Below, piece by piece: positions 25,171 to 36,755 of a stretch of 64,000 bases of DNA. The stretch spans positions 4,774,001 through 4,838,000 of the forward strand of contig CM102283.1 in assembly GCA_046563655.1 (NCBI GenBank), given 5' to 3'. The notes below the pieces were generated by a model. It did not search any database and was not told the DNA's origin. It worked only from the letters and a program-made list of their open reading frames with translations. Origin of the DNA: Yuukianura sp. NJ FZ-2021. Its lineage: Eukaryota. The translations under genes and the position numbers were made by a program. Each line of letters starts with the position of its first letter. The first letter of the stretch is position 1.

Positions 25171-25581
25171 TTCAAATTTTATCGTCTGTATCTCTGTAAC
25201 CGTAGATCAAAGGTCAAGATCACATATACAAAAGTTATTTAGCCCAATGAGATGAACAACTTTTGTAAGGGTTATTTTCTCGATTTCCGTCAAAAATCTA
25301 TTTGACCATGCGAATAGCATGGGCGACGCCATTATGCAACTTCTAAGGTCTATATCTCCAGAACCCCAGGTCAAAGGTCAAAATCACATATACAAAAGTT
25401 GTTCTGTTCAATGAGATAAACAACTTTTGTAGAGGTCATTTTTCCGATTTCCGTCATAAATGTACTTGACCTTGACCTTTGACCCTTAATGGGTCTACTT
25501 CCGTTCAAATGGGTTACCGATTGTTCACCCCCAGACCATGTCAAGTTCATCTGTAAATACATTGAAAATCGGTCCAGCGGT
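25171..25581. mobile_element. Non-autonomous rolling-circle element internal fragment with a ~165-bp direct duplication
   Basis: TCAAAGGTCAA.ATCACATATACAAAAGTT ... ATGAGAT.AACAACTTTTGTA occurs at ~25207 and ~25371; TGACCTTTGACC motifs as also seen at 8300-8450. Confidence 0.4.
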
Positions 25582-26945
25582 CCCTTTGCACTGGAGTACT
25601 TAAGGCGGAACAGTCGAATTTGTTTCACATAGAGCTAGTTTCTAGTGCGGTCTCTGTCTTGCTAATCTAACGTAAGTTTCAGCGTAAATAGGTTAGGGCA
25701 CTGATTTTGAAAACTTAGTACGGCTTAGTATATCAAGTTACAACGTATCTGAGTAGCCTGCTCTAACATTTCTCTTTGTATCAAATTTAAGTGGAAAGTT
25801 TCCCGGCCATTTGACAAATTCATTGTCTGACGCGTCACATGGCATCATAACACAGTTTGTTGTTACACCAGCGACTGGACATCAATTTGTGGAAAACCCA
25901 CTTAGTTTTTTGCAGACGCATGTCTGCGACAGGCTGTGGAAGACTATCGATACAAATTTGTCGGTCGTGTTTTTAGGACCCTTTGCACTGGAGTACTTAA
26001 GGCGGAACAGTCGAATATGTTTCACATAGAGCTAGTTTCTAGCGCGGTCTCTGTCTTGCTAATCTAACGTAAGTTTCAGCGTAAATAGGTTAGGGCACTG
26101 ATTTTGAAAACTTAGTACGGCTTAGTATATCAAGTTACAACGTATCTGAGTAGCCTGCTCTACCATTTTTCTTTGTATCAAATTTAAGTGGAAAGTTTCT
26201 CGGCCATTTGACAAATTCATTGTCAAACGCGTCACACGGCATCATAACACAGTTTGTATGGTACACCAGCGACTGGACTTCAATTTGTGGAAAACCCACT
26301 TAGGTTTTTGCAGACGCATGTCTGCGACAGGCTGTGGAAGACTATCGATACAAATTTGTCGGTCGTGTTTTTAGGACCCTTTGCACTGGAGTACTTAAGG
26401 CGGAACAGTCGAATATGTTTCACATAGAGCTAGTTTCTAGCGCGGTCTCTGTCTTGCTAATCTAACGTAAGTCTCAGCGTAAATAGGTTAGGGCACTGAT
26501 TTTGAAAACTTAGTGCGGCTTAGTATTTCACGTTACAACGTATCTGAGTAGCCTGCTCTAACATTTCTCTTTGTATCAAATTTAAGTGAAAAGTTTCCCG
26601 GCCATTTGACAAATTCATTGTCTGACGCGTCACATGGCATCATAACACAGTTTGTTGTTACACCAGCGACTGGACATCAATTTGTGGAAAACCCACTTTC
26701 AGTTTTTGCAGACGCATGTCTGCAAATGGCTGTGGAAGACAATTGATGCAAGTTTGTCGGTGTCGTGTTTTTAGGGCCCTTTGCAATGGAGTACTTAAGG
26801 CGGAACAGTCGAATTTGGTTCACATAGAGCTAGTGTCTAGTGCGGTCTCTGTCTTGCTAATCCAACGTAAGTTTCAGCGTAAATAGGTCAGGGCACTGAT
26901 TTTGAAAACTTAGTGCGGCTTAGTATATCAGGTTACAACGTATCT
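25582..26945. repeat. ~398-bp tandem repeat, ~3.4 copies
   Basis: CCCTTTGCA(C/A)TGGAG starts at 25582, 25979, 26377, 26777. Confidence 0.95.
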
Positions 26946-26957
26946 TTACAACGTTAC

Positions 26958-27620
26958 AACGCTAGTAACACAGGAGCATTTCTGTGGTTTCCTGATTTTT
27001 GTACGGTTTTTTGAAACCAGTGTATGTAAAATAAAATTTAAAGAAAAGTTTCACCTAACATCTGACCCCAGAATCATCGTTGAAGGGATATGAGACTTTT
27101 AATAAATTTTCAAATTTTGCGCTATAGGGACACGCTAGTAACACAGGAGCATTTCTGTGGTTTCCTGATTTTTGTACGGTTTTTTGAAACCAGTGTATGT
27201 AAAATAAAATTTAAAGAAAAGTTTCACCTAACATCTGACCCCAGAATCATCGTTGAAAGGATATGAGACTTTTAATAAATTTTCAAATTTTACGCTATAG
27301 GGACACGCTAGTTACACAGAGGCATTTCTGTGGTTTCCTGATTTTTATACGGTTTTTTGAAACCAGTGTATGTAAAAAAAAATTTAAAGAACAGTTTCAC
27401 GTCACATCTGACCCCAGAATCATCGTTGAAGGGATATGAGACTTTTAATAAATTTTCAAATTTTACGCTATAGGGAGACGCTAGTAACACAGGAGCATTT
27501 CTGTAGTTTCCAGATTTTTGTACGGTTTTTTGAAACCAGTGTATGTAAAAAAAATTTAAAGAAAAGTTTCACCTAACATCTGACCCCAGAATCATCGTTG
27601 AAGGGATATGAGACTTTTAA
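26958..27620. repeat. 173-bp satellite, left block (~3.8 monomers)
   Basis: GCTAGT at 26961, 27134, 27307 (period 173); same monomer as 56037-64000. Confidence 0.96.
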
Positions 27621-29115
27621 ATCCTGAGGAACGGAATTGTGCCAAGATAGCAATTTTAATTTGACGCTATGGAGACAGACTACAAAAATAGGGACATTTG
27701 TCTAGTTTGAGGATATTCAAGTGGTTTTTTGAAACCAGTGTTGTTGTAAATATTTTTCAACTAAGGTCTGATTGAATCCTGAGGAACGGAATTGTGCCAA
27801 GATAGCAATTTTAATTTGACGCTTTGGAGACAGACTACAAAAATAGGGACTTTTGTCTAGTTTGAGGATCTTCAAGTGGTTTTTCGAAACCAGTGTTGTT
27901 GAAAATATTTTTCAACTAAGGTCTGATTGAATCCTGAGGAACGGAATTGTGCCAAGATAGCAATTTTAATTTGACGCTATGGAGACAGACTACAAAAATA
28001 GGGACATTTGTCTAGTTTGAAGATCTTCAAGTGGTTTTTTGAAACCAGTGTTGTTGAAAATATTTTTCAACTAAGGTCTGATTGAATCCTGAGGAACGGA
28101 ATTGTGCCAAGATAGCAATTTTAATTTGAAGCTATGGAGACAGACTACAAAAATAGGGACATTTGTCTAGTTTGAGGATATTCAAGTGGTTTTTTGAAAC
28201 CAGTGTTATTGTAAATATTTTTCAACTAAGGTCTGATTGAATCCTGAGGAACGGAATTGTGCCAAGATAGCAATTTTAATTTGACGCTATGGAGACAGAC
28301 TACAAAAATAGGGACATTTGTCTAGTTTGAGGATCTTCAAGTGGTTTTTTGAAACCAGTGTTGTTGAAAATATTTTTCAACTAAGGTCTGATTGAATCCT
28401 GAGGAACGGAATTGTGCCAAGATAGCAATTTTAATTTGACGCTATGGAGACAGACTACAAAAATAGGGACATTTGTCTGGTTTGAGGATCTTCAAGTGGT
28501 TTTTTGAAACCAGTGTTGTTAAAAATATTTTTCAACTAAGGTCTGATTGAATCCTGAGGAACGGAATTGTGCCAAGATAGCAATTTTAATTTGACGCTAT
28601 GGAGACAGACTACAAAAATAGGGACATTTGTCTAGTTTGAGGATCTTCAAGTGGTTTTTCGAAACCAGTGTTGTTGAAAATATTTTTCAACTAAGGTCTG
28701 ATTGAATCCTGAGGAACGGAATTGTGCCAAGATAGCAATTTTAATTTGACGCTATGGAGACAGACTACAAAAATAGGGACATTTGTCTGGTTTGAGGATC
28801 TTCAAGTGGTTTTTTGAAACCAGTGTTGTTAAAAATATTTTTCAACTAAGGTCTGATTGAATCCTGAGGAACGGAATTGTGCCAAGATAGCAATTTTAAT
28901 TTGACGCTATGGAGACAGACTACAAAAATAGGGACATTTGTCTAGTTTGAGGATCTTCAAGTGGTTTTTCGAAACCAGTGTTGTTGAAAATATTTTTCAA
29001 CTAAGGTCTGATTGAATCCTGAGGAACGGAATTGTGCCAAGATAGCAATTTTAATTTGACGCTATGGAGACAGACTACAAAAATAGGGACATTTGTCTGG
29101 TTTGAGGATCTTCAA

Positions 29116-30576
29116 CAAGGTTTCTATAGCAACGGAATAGTTGTTGCTTCATAAGGTTAAGCAAAACCTCGGTTTTTATATTTTTCCTTCCAAAATTGCA
29201 AACAAGGTAGGGCAATGCTCAAGGGTTGAGCATAGGTCTTCTGGAGGGAGTTGGCAATTGATACGACTTTTAGACCAGCTGTCCACAAACCCGTTGAAGA
29301 AAAACGTCAAGAAACCGTTTTCACGGGATTTATGCAACGAAACGTCGCTCATAACTTTCAGTGCAGATGTGGGGCCTTTTTGTGCACAATTGCACCAAAA
29401 TGTGAAAAAACCGTTTGCATAAGAATGTTGTTCAGCTTTAGCCCTGAACCGTTTTCACTCTCCTGAAAATTATTTTGGTTCACAACATTTCTGCATCAAA
29501 CTGTTAGCAAAATTATTTGGTGGACAATTGAATGGCTTCGCGGAACAATTGAATTTCTTCGCGGAAAAAGGGGCAAACTGAAAATCGTCGTTTTTACGTT
29601 TTCTGTTTCAGCTTTCAAACAAACAAAATCATGCGAAAAAAACGGTTTTTCAGACCGATTTAGCGGTTTTTTCTGCCCGATTTCAGCAGAAAAGCCAATA
29701 CGCAACTCGTTGCCCATAGAAACTCAAATTGCAATTTGCAGTTTGCCCCTTTTTCCGCGAAGCCATTCAATTATTGTTCTCCAGTATGCACAAATTTTGA
29801 AATAACAACGCCCATTACCCAGCGTAAAAATAACTGTACAATTTTACATTTGTGCAATAAGTGTTCAACATGCACAAAATTGAACGTTGTGGAGTAGGGA
29901 TCGAATATAGCTTCTATAAAATCAAAATCGTTTCAAATAAATGCACCATGTGTTAAATTAAGTGCATAAGTTATAAACTCGAATATCCCTTGTTTATAAT
30001 CAAAATTACGAAAATTTGTTGCAAAAGCAAATTTGCACCCTGCCAATCACTGTTTGCATGTTACGAATTTAAGCCGGATTTTCTACCCTCTGATTAGTCT
30101 TAATTTAACAACGTACCTAAACATAATATCAGAAAATGAGAAGATCAAAACTTCGTTGTTTAAATATATTTTGAGTGCAATGCAGACGTAACACAGAAAT
30201 TTTGAGGACTTAAGAAACTGCAACGCGAAGCAGCCGCATACTTTGACGTTGTTAACTTAACACTTTGAGTGCAATGTAGAGGTAGAGAAAACACTTGAGC
30301 CATACATGACCCCCCGACTGCGATAGGGCTAATGTTTCAGCGCAAAAGATACTAAAAAAGCGAACGGACAGACAGACAAAGTCGTATCAATAGTCTTCTT
30401 CAGCACGTCGTAGACGTGCGTCTCCAGAAGACTAAAATGAAAAAACATCACGGCAAGACATTCACTCTGATTCACTCTGGGTGAAACGTGGGTGAAAAAA
30501 AAGTTTGGAGCGAGATTTTTGGAAAACAAGACTTATTGCTTAACCTTATGAAGCAACCGTTGCTATAGAAACCTTG
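29116..30576. mobile_element. 228-bp hAT/P-type MITE, copy 1, carrying a nested HINE
   Basis: 20-bp perfect TIR CAAGGTTTCTATAGCAACGG; inner IR GTTGCTTCATAAGGTTAAGCAA; 8-bp TSD ATCTTCAA at 29108-29115 and 30577-30584. Confidence 0.93.
29201..30433 (-). mobile_element. Complete HINE (Helentron-associated non-autonomous element), ~1.23 kb
   Basis: Absent from MITE copies 2 and 3 (empty site TTGCAAAAATG), inserted in a T-run without TSD. Minus strand: 5' AGTCTTCTGGAG, hairpin GCACGTC-TAC-GACGTGC, GTCTGTCTGTCCGT microsatellite; 3' CTCCAGAAGAC, hairpin ATGCTCAA-CCC-TTGAGCAT, CTTGTT. Confidence 0.85.
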
Positions 30577-32132
30577 ATCTTCAAGTGGTTTTTCGAAACC
30601 AGTGTTGTTGAAAATATTTTTCAACTAAGGTCTGATTGAATCCTGAGGAACGGAATTGTGCCAAGATAGCAATTTTAATTTGACGCTATGGAGACAGACT
30701 ACAAAAATAGGGACATTTGTCTAGTTTGAGGATCTTCAAGTGGTTTTTCGAAACCAGTGTTGTTGAAAATATTTTTCAACTAAGGTCTGATTGAATCCTG
30801 AGGAACGGAATTGTGCCAAGATAGCAATTTTAATTTGACGCTATGGAGACAGACTACAAAAATAGGGACATTTGTCTAGTTTGAAGATCTTCAAGTGGTT
30901 TTTTGAAACCAGTGTTGTTGAAAATATTTTTCAACTAAGGTCTGATTGAATCCTGAGGAACGGAATTGTACCAAGATAGCAATTTTATTTTGACGCTATG
31001 GAGACAGACTACAAAAATAGGGACATTTGTCAAGTTTGAGGATCTTCAAGTGGTTTTTTGAAACCAGTGTTGTTGAAAATATTTTTCAACTAAGGTCTGA
31101 TTGAATCCTGAGGAACGAAATTGTGCCAAGATAGCAATTTTAATTTAACGCTATGGAGACAGACTACAAAAATAGGGACATTTGTCTGGTTTGAGGATCT
31201 TCAAGTGGTTTTTTGAAACCAGTGTTGTTGAAAATATTTTTCAACTAAGGTCTGATTGAATCCTGAGGAACGGAATTGTGCCAAGATAGCAATTTTAATT
31301 TGACGCTATGGAGACAGACTACAAAAATAGGGACATTTGTCTGGTTTGAGGATCTTCAAGTGGTTTTTTGAAACCAGTGTTATTGTAAATATTTTTCAAC
31401 TAAGGTCTGATTGAATCCTGAGGAACGGAATTGTGCCAAGATAGCAATTTTAATTTGACGCTATGGAGACAGACTACAAAAATAGGGACATTTGTCTAGT
31501 TTGAGGATATTCAAGTGGTTTTTTGAAACCAGTGTTATTGTAAATATTTTTCAACTAAGGTCTGATTGAATCCTGAGGAACGGAATTGTGCCAAGATAGC
31601 AATTTTAATTTGACGCTATGGAGACAGACTACAAAAATAGGGACATTTGTCTAGTTTGAGGATATTCAAGTGGTTTTTTGAAACCAGTGTTATTGTAAAT
31701 ATTTTTCAACTAAGGTCTGATTGAATCCTGAGGAACGGAATTGTGCCAAGATAGCAATTTTAATTTGACGCTATGGAGACAGTACAAAAATAGGGACATT
31801 TGTCTAGTTTGAGGATATTCAAGTGGTTTTTCGAAACCAGTGTTGTTGAAAATATTTTTCAACTAAGGTCTGATTGAATCCTGAGGAACGGAATTGTGCC
31901 AAGATAGCAATTTTAATTTGACGCTATGGAAACAGACTACAAAAATAGGGACATTTGTCTAGTTTGAGGATATTCAAGTGGTTTTTTGAAACCAGTGTTA
32001 TTGTAAATATTTTTCAACTAAGGTCTGAGTGAATCCTGAGGAACGGAATTGTGCCAAGATAGCAATTTTAATTTGACGCTATGGAGACAGACTACAAAAA
32101 TAGGGACATTTGTCTAGTTTGAGGATCTTCAA

Positions 32133-32360
32133 CAAGGTTTCTATAGCAACGGAATAGTTGTTGCTTCATAAGGTTAAGCAATACCTCGGTTTTTATATTT
32201 TTCCTTCCAAAATTGCAAAAATGAAAAAACATCACGGCAAGACATTCACTCTGATTCACTCTGGGTGAAACGTGGGTGAAAAAAAAGTTTGGAGCGAGAT
32301 TTTTGGAAAACAAGACTTATTGCTTAACCTTATGAAGCAACCGTTGCTATAGAAACCTTG
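32133..32360. mobile_element. 228-bp hAT/P-type MITE, copy 2
   Basis: Same TIRs and ATCTTCAA TSD at the same monomer position. Confidence 0.95.
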
Positions 32361-33608
32361 ATCTTCAAGTGGTTTTTCGAAACCAGTGTTGTTGAAAATA
32401 TTTTTCAACTAAGGTCTGATTGAATCCTGAGGAACGGAATTGTGCCAAGATAGCAATTTTAATTTGACGCTATGGAGACAGACTACAAAAATAGGGACAT
32501 TTGTCTAGTTTGAGGATCTTCAAGTGGTTTTTCGAAACCAGTGTTGTTGAAAATATTTTTCAACTAAGGTCTGATTGAATCCTGAGGAACGGAATTGTGC
32601 CAAGATAGCAATTTTAATTTGACGCTATGGAGACAGACTACAAAAATAGGGACATTTGTCTAGTTTGAGGATCTTCAAGTCGTTTTTTGAAACCAGTGTT
32701 GTTGAAAATATTTTTCAACTAAGGTCTGATTGAATCCTGAGGAACGGAATTGTGCCAAGATAGCAATTTTAATTTGACGCTATGGAGACAGACTACAAAA
32801 ATAGGGACATTTGTCTAGTTTGAGGATATTCAAGTGGTTTTTTGAAACCAGTGTTATTGTAAATATTTTTCAACTAAGGTCTGATTGAATCCTGAGGAAC
32901 GGAATTGTGCCAAGATAGCAATTTTAATTTGACGCTATGGAGACAGACTACAAAAATAGGGACATTTGTCTAGTTTGAGGATATTCAAGTGGTTTTTTGA
33001 AACCAGTGTTATTGTAAATATTTTTCAACTAAGGTCTGATTGAATCCTGAGGAACGGAATTGTGCCAAGATAGCAATTTTAATTTGACGCTATGGAGACA
33101 GACTACAAAAATAGGGACATTTGTCTAGTTTGAGGATATTCAAGTGGTTTTTCGAAACCAGTGTTGTTGAAAATATTTTTCAACTAAGGTCTGATTGAAT
33201 CCTGAGGAACGGAATTGTGCCAAGATAGCAATTTTAATTTGACGCTATGGAAACAGACTACAAAAATAGGGACATTTGTCTAGTTTGAGGATATTCAAGT
33301 GGTTTTTTGAAACCAGTGTTATTGTAAATATTTTTCAACTAAGGTCTGATTGAATCCTGAGGAACGGAATTGTGCCAAGATAGCAATTTTAATTTGACGC
33401 TATGGAGACAGACTACAAAAATAGGGACATTTGTCTAGTTTGAGGATCTTCAAGTCGTTTTTTGAAACCAGTGTTGTTGAAAATATTTTTCAACTAAGGT
33501 CTGATTGAATCCTGAGGAACGGAATTGTACCAAGATAGCAATTTTAATTTGACGCTATGGAGACAGACTACAAAAATAGGGACATTTGTCTAGTTTGAGG
33601 ATCTTCAA

Positions 33609-33836
33609 CAAGGTTTCTATAGCAACGGAATAGTTGTTGCTTCATAAGGTTAAGCAATACCTCGGTTTTTATATTTTTCCTTCCAAAATTGCAAAAATGA
33701 AAAAACATCACGGCAAGACATTCACTCTGATTCACTCTGGGTGAAACGTGGGTGAAAAAAAAGTTTGGAGCGAGATTTTTGGAAAACAAGACTTATTGCT
33801 TAACCTTATGAAGCAACCGTTGCTATAGAAACCTTG
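33609..33836. mobile_element. 228-bp hAT/P-type MITE, copy 3
   Basis: Appears identical to copy 2; same TSD and orientation. Confidence 0.95.
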
Positions 33837-36449
33837 ATCTTCAAGTGGTTTTTCGAAACCAGTGTTGTTGAAAATATTTTTCAACTAAGGTCTGATTGAA
33901 TCCTGAGGAACGGAATTGTGCCAAGATAGCAATTTTAATTTGACGCTATGGAGACAGACTACAAAAATAGGGACATTTGTCTAGTTTGAGGATCTTCAAG
34001 TGGTTTTTCGAAACCAGTGTTGTTGAAAATATTTTTCAACTAAGGTCTGATTGAATCCTGAGGAACGGAATTGTGCCAAGATAGCAATTTTAATTTGACG
34101 CTATGGAGACAGACTGCAAAAATAGGGACATTTGTCTAGTTTGAGGATCTTCAAGTCGTTTTTTGAAACTAGTGTTGTTGAAAATATTTTTCAACTAAGG
34201 TCTGATTGAATCCTGAGGAACGGAATTGTGCCAAGATAGCAATTTTAATTTGACGCTATGGAGACAGACTACAAAAATAGGGACATTTGTCTGGTTTGAG
34301 GATCTTCAAGTGGTTTTTTGAAACCAGTGTTGTTGAAAATATTTTTCAACTAAGGTCTGATTGAATCCTGAGGAACGAAATTGTGCCAAGATAGCAATTT
34401 TAATTTAATGCTATGGAGACAGACTACAAAAATAGGGACATTTGTCTGGTTTGAGGATCTTCAAGTGGCTTTTTGAAACCAGTGTTGTTGAAAATATTTT
34501 TCAACTAAGGTCTGATTGAATCCTGAGGAACGGAATTGTGCCAAGATAGCAATTTTAATTTGACGCTATGGAGACAGACTACAAAAATAGGGACATTTGT
34601 CTAGTTTGAGGATATTCAAGTGGTTTTTGAAACCAGTGTTATTGTAAATATTTTTCAACTAAGGTCTGATTGAATCCTGAGGAACGGAATTGTGCCAAGA
34701 TAGCAATTTTAATTTGACGCTATGGAGACAGACTACAAAAATAGGGACATTTGTCTAGTTTGAGGATATTCAAGTGGTTTTTTGAAACCAGTGTTATTGT
34801 AAATATTTTTCAACTAAGGTCTGATTGAATCCTGAGGAACGGAATTGTGCCAAGATAGCAATTTTAATTTGACGCTATGGAGACAGACTACAAAAATAGG
34901 GACATTTGTCTAGTTTGAGGATCTTCAAGTCGTTTTTTGAAACCAGTGTTGTTGAAAATATTTTTCAACTAAGGTCTGATTGAATCCTGAGGAACGGAAT
35001 TGTACCAAGATAGCAATTTTAATTTGACGCTATGGAGACAGACTACAAAAATAGGGACATTTGTCTAGTTTGAGGATCTTCAAGTGGTTTTTTGAAACCA
35101 GTGTTGTTGAAAATATTTTTCAACTAAGGTCTGATTGAATCCTGAGGAACGAAATTGTGCCAAGATAGCAATTTTAATTTAATGCTATGGAGACAGACTA
35201 CAAAAATAGGGACATTTGTCTGGTTTGAGGATCTTCAAGTGGTTTTTTGAAACCAGTGTTGTTGAAAATATTTTTCAACTAAGGTCTGATTGAATCCTGA
35301 GGAACGGAATTGTGCCAAGATAGCAATTTTAATTTGACGCTATGGAGACAGACTACAAAAATAGGGACATTTGTCTGGTTTGAGGACCTTCAAGTGGTTT
35401 TTTGAAACCAGTGTTGTTGAAAATATTTTTCAACTAAGGTCTGATTGAATCCTGAGGAACGGAATTGTGCCAAGATAGCAATTTTAATTTGATGCTATGG
35501 AGACAGACTACAAAAATAGGGACATTTGTCTAGTTTGAGGATCTTCAAGTCGTTTTTTGAAACCAGTGTTGTTGAAAATATTTTTCAACTAAGGTCTGAT
35601 TGAATCCTGAGGAACGGAATTGTACCAAGATAGCAATTTTAATTTGACGCTATGGAGACAGACTACAAAAATAGGGACATTTGTCTAGTTTGAGGATCTT
35701 CAAGTGGTTTTTTGAAACCAGTGTTGTTGAAAATATTTTTCAACTAAGGTCTGATTGAATCCTGAGGAACGAAATTGTGCCAAGATAGCAATCTATTTTA
35801 TAAGGAGGGATGTTTGTCCGGGGCTGGCTAAAGGTCGGATTTGTCTGACTCCTCTCATTTGTATGAGGGGTGCACGCACATTAGCAATCTGTGGACTCTA
35901 CTTGAATAAAGAACAGGTTAGGTTTAGCAAAACTCTCTGTTCCTAACCTAACTTCAAAATGGTAGAGTTTGAGCGACTGATATTTTTTAATCTTCATTTA
36001 TATTTTTTAAATATTTTTTAATTTAATTTAACCTAACCTAACCTATGAGTCCGAATTAGACGATTTGAGGAAACCAAAGTCGCAGCATGGAAAGTCCTGC
36101 GTCGCAACTCCGAGGATTCCGAAATCCGACCGTTAGCCAGACCCTCTTTCTCATTACCCTTTCCTTCTCCCACCCACACACCACTCCTCATTCCACTTTC
36201 GGGATTCCAGCTGACAGGTTCAATTTTGTTTTACCGGTTGCGATAATTTCAATTTACCAATTCTTTAACCACAATTAACGAACTTTGATTAATGTATTAT
36301 TGAGGTTGGTTAGGTTAAGTTGTTGTTGGTTAGGATTTTTATAGTTTAACGTTATTTTAGGTAGCATTTTAGTAATTAGGTTAGAAAACATCAACGTTAG
36401 GCAGGGTTACTCTCCCTTTGAATCAAGGGATAAGTCCTACCTTTACAAG

Positions 36450-36650
36450 GAGGCAAAAGTCCTTTCTTGGTTGAAAGGCGAAGTCCTTTCTTGGTTGAGA
36501 GGCGACGTCCTTTCTTGATTGAAAGGCAAAGACCTTCTTTGATCCGAAGGCAAAGTCCTATTTTGATTAATAGGCAAAGTCCTATTTTGATTAATAGGCA
36601 AAGTCCTATTTTGATTAATAGGCAAAGACCTATTTCGATTAATAGGCATC
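36450..36650. repeat. 24-bp tandem repeat (~8 copies) in the Helitron 5' region
   Basis: AGGCAAAGTCCTATTTTGATTAAT and variants. Confidence 0.9.
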
Positions 36651-36755
36651 TATCCTTCAAATAGAAGGTAAAGCTATATTTGAACAGCCATAATCTCTGT
36701 CCCAAAATAGGTTAGCACACATTTTGTGTTCATACCCTCTAACCTATAAAACACA

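Noticed and set aside
30329-33789. Repeated ORF MFSKNLAPNFFF... as a small gene family
   Set aside because: Lies within the 228-bp MITE copies, starts at TTG, no domain.
36397-36705. Small repetitive ORFs upstream of RepHel as captured genes
   Set aside because: They translate the 24-bp tandem repeat in three frames.
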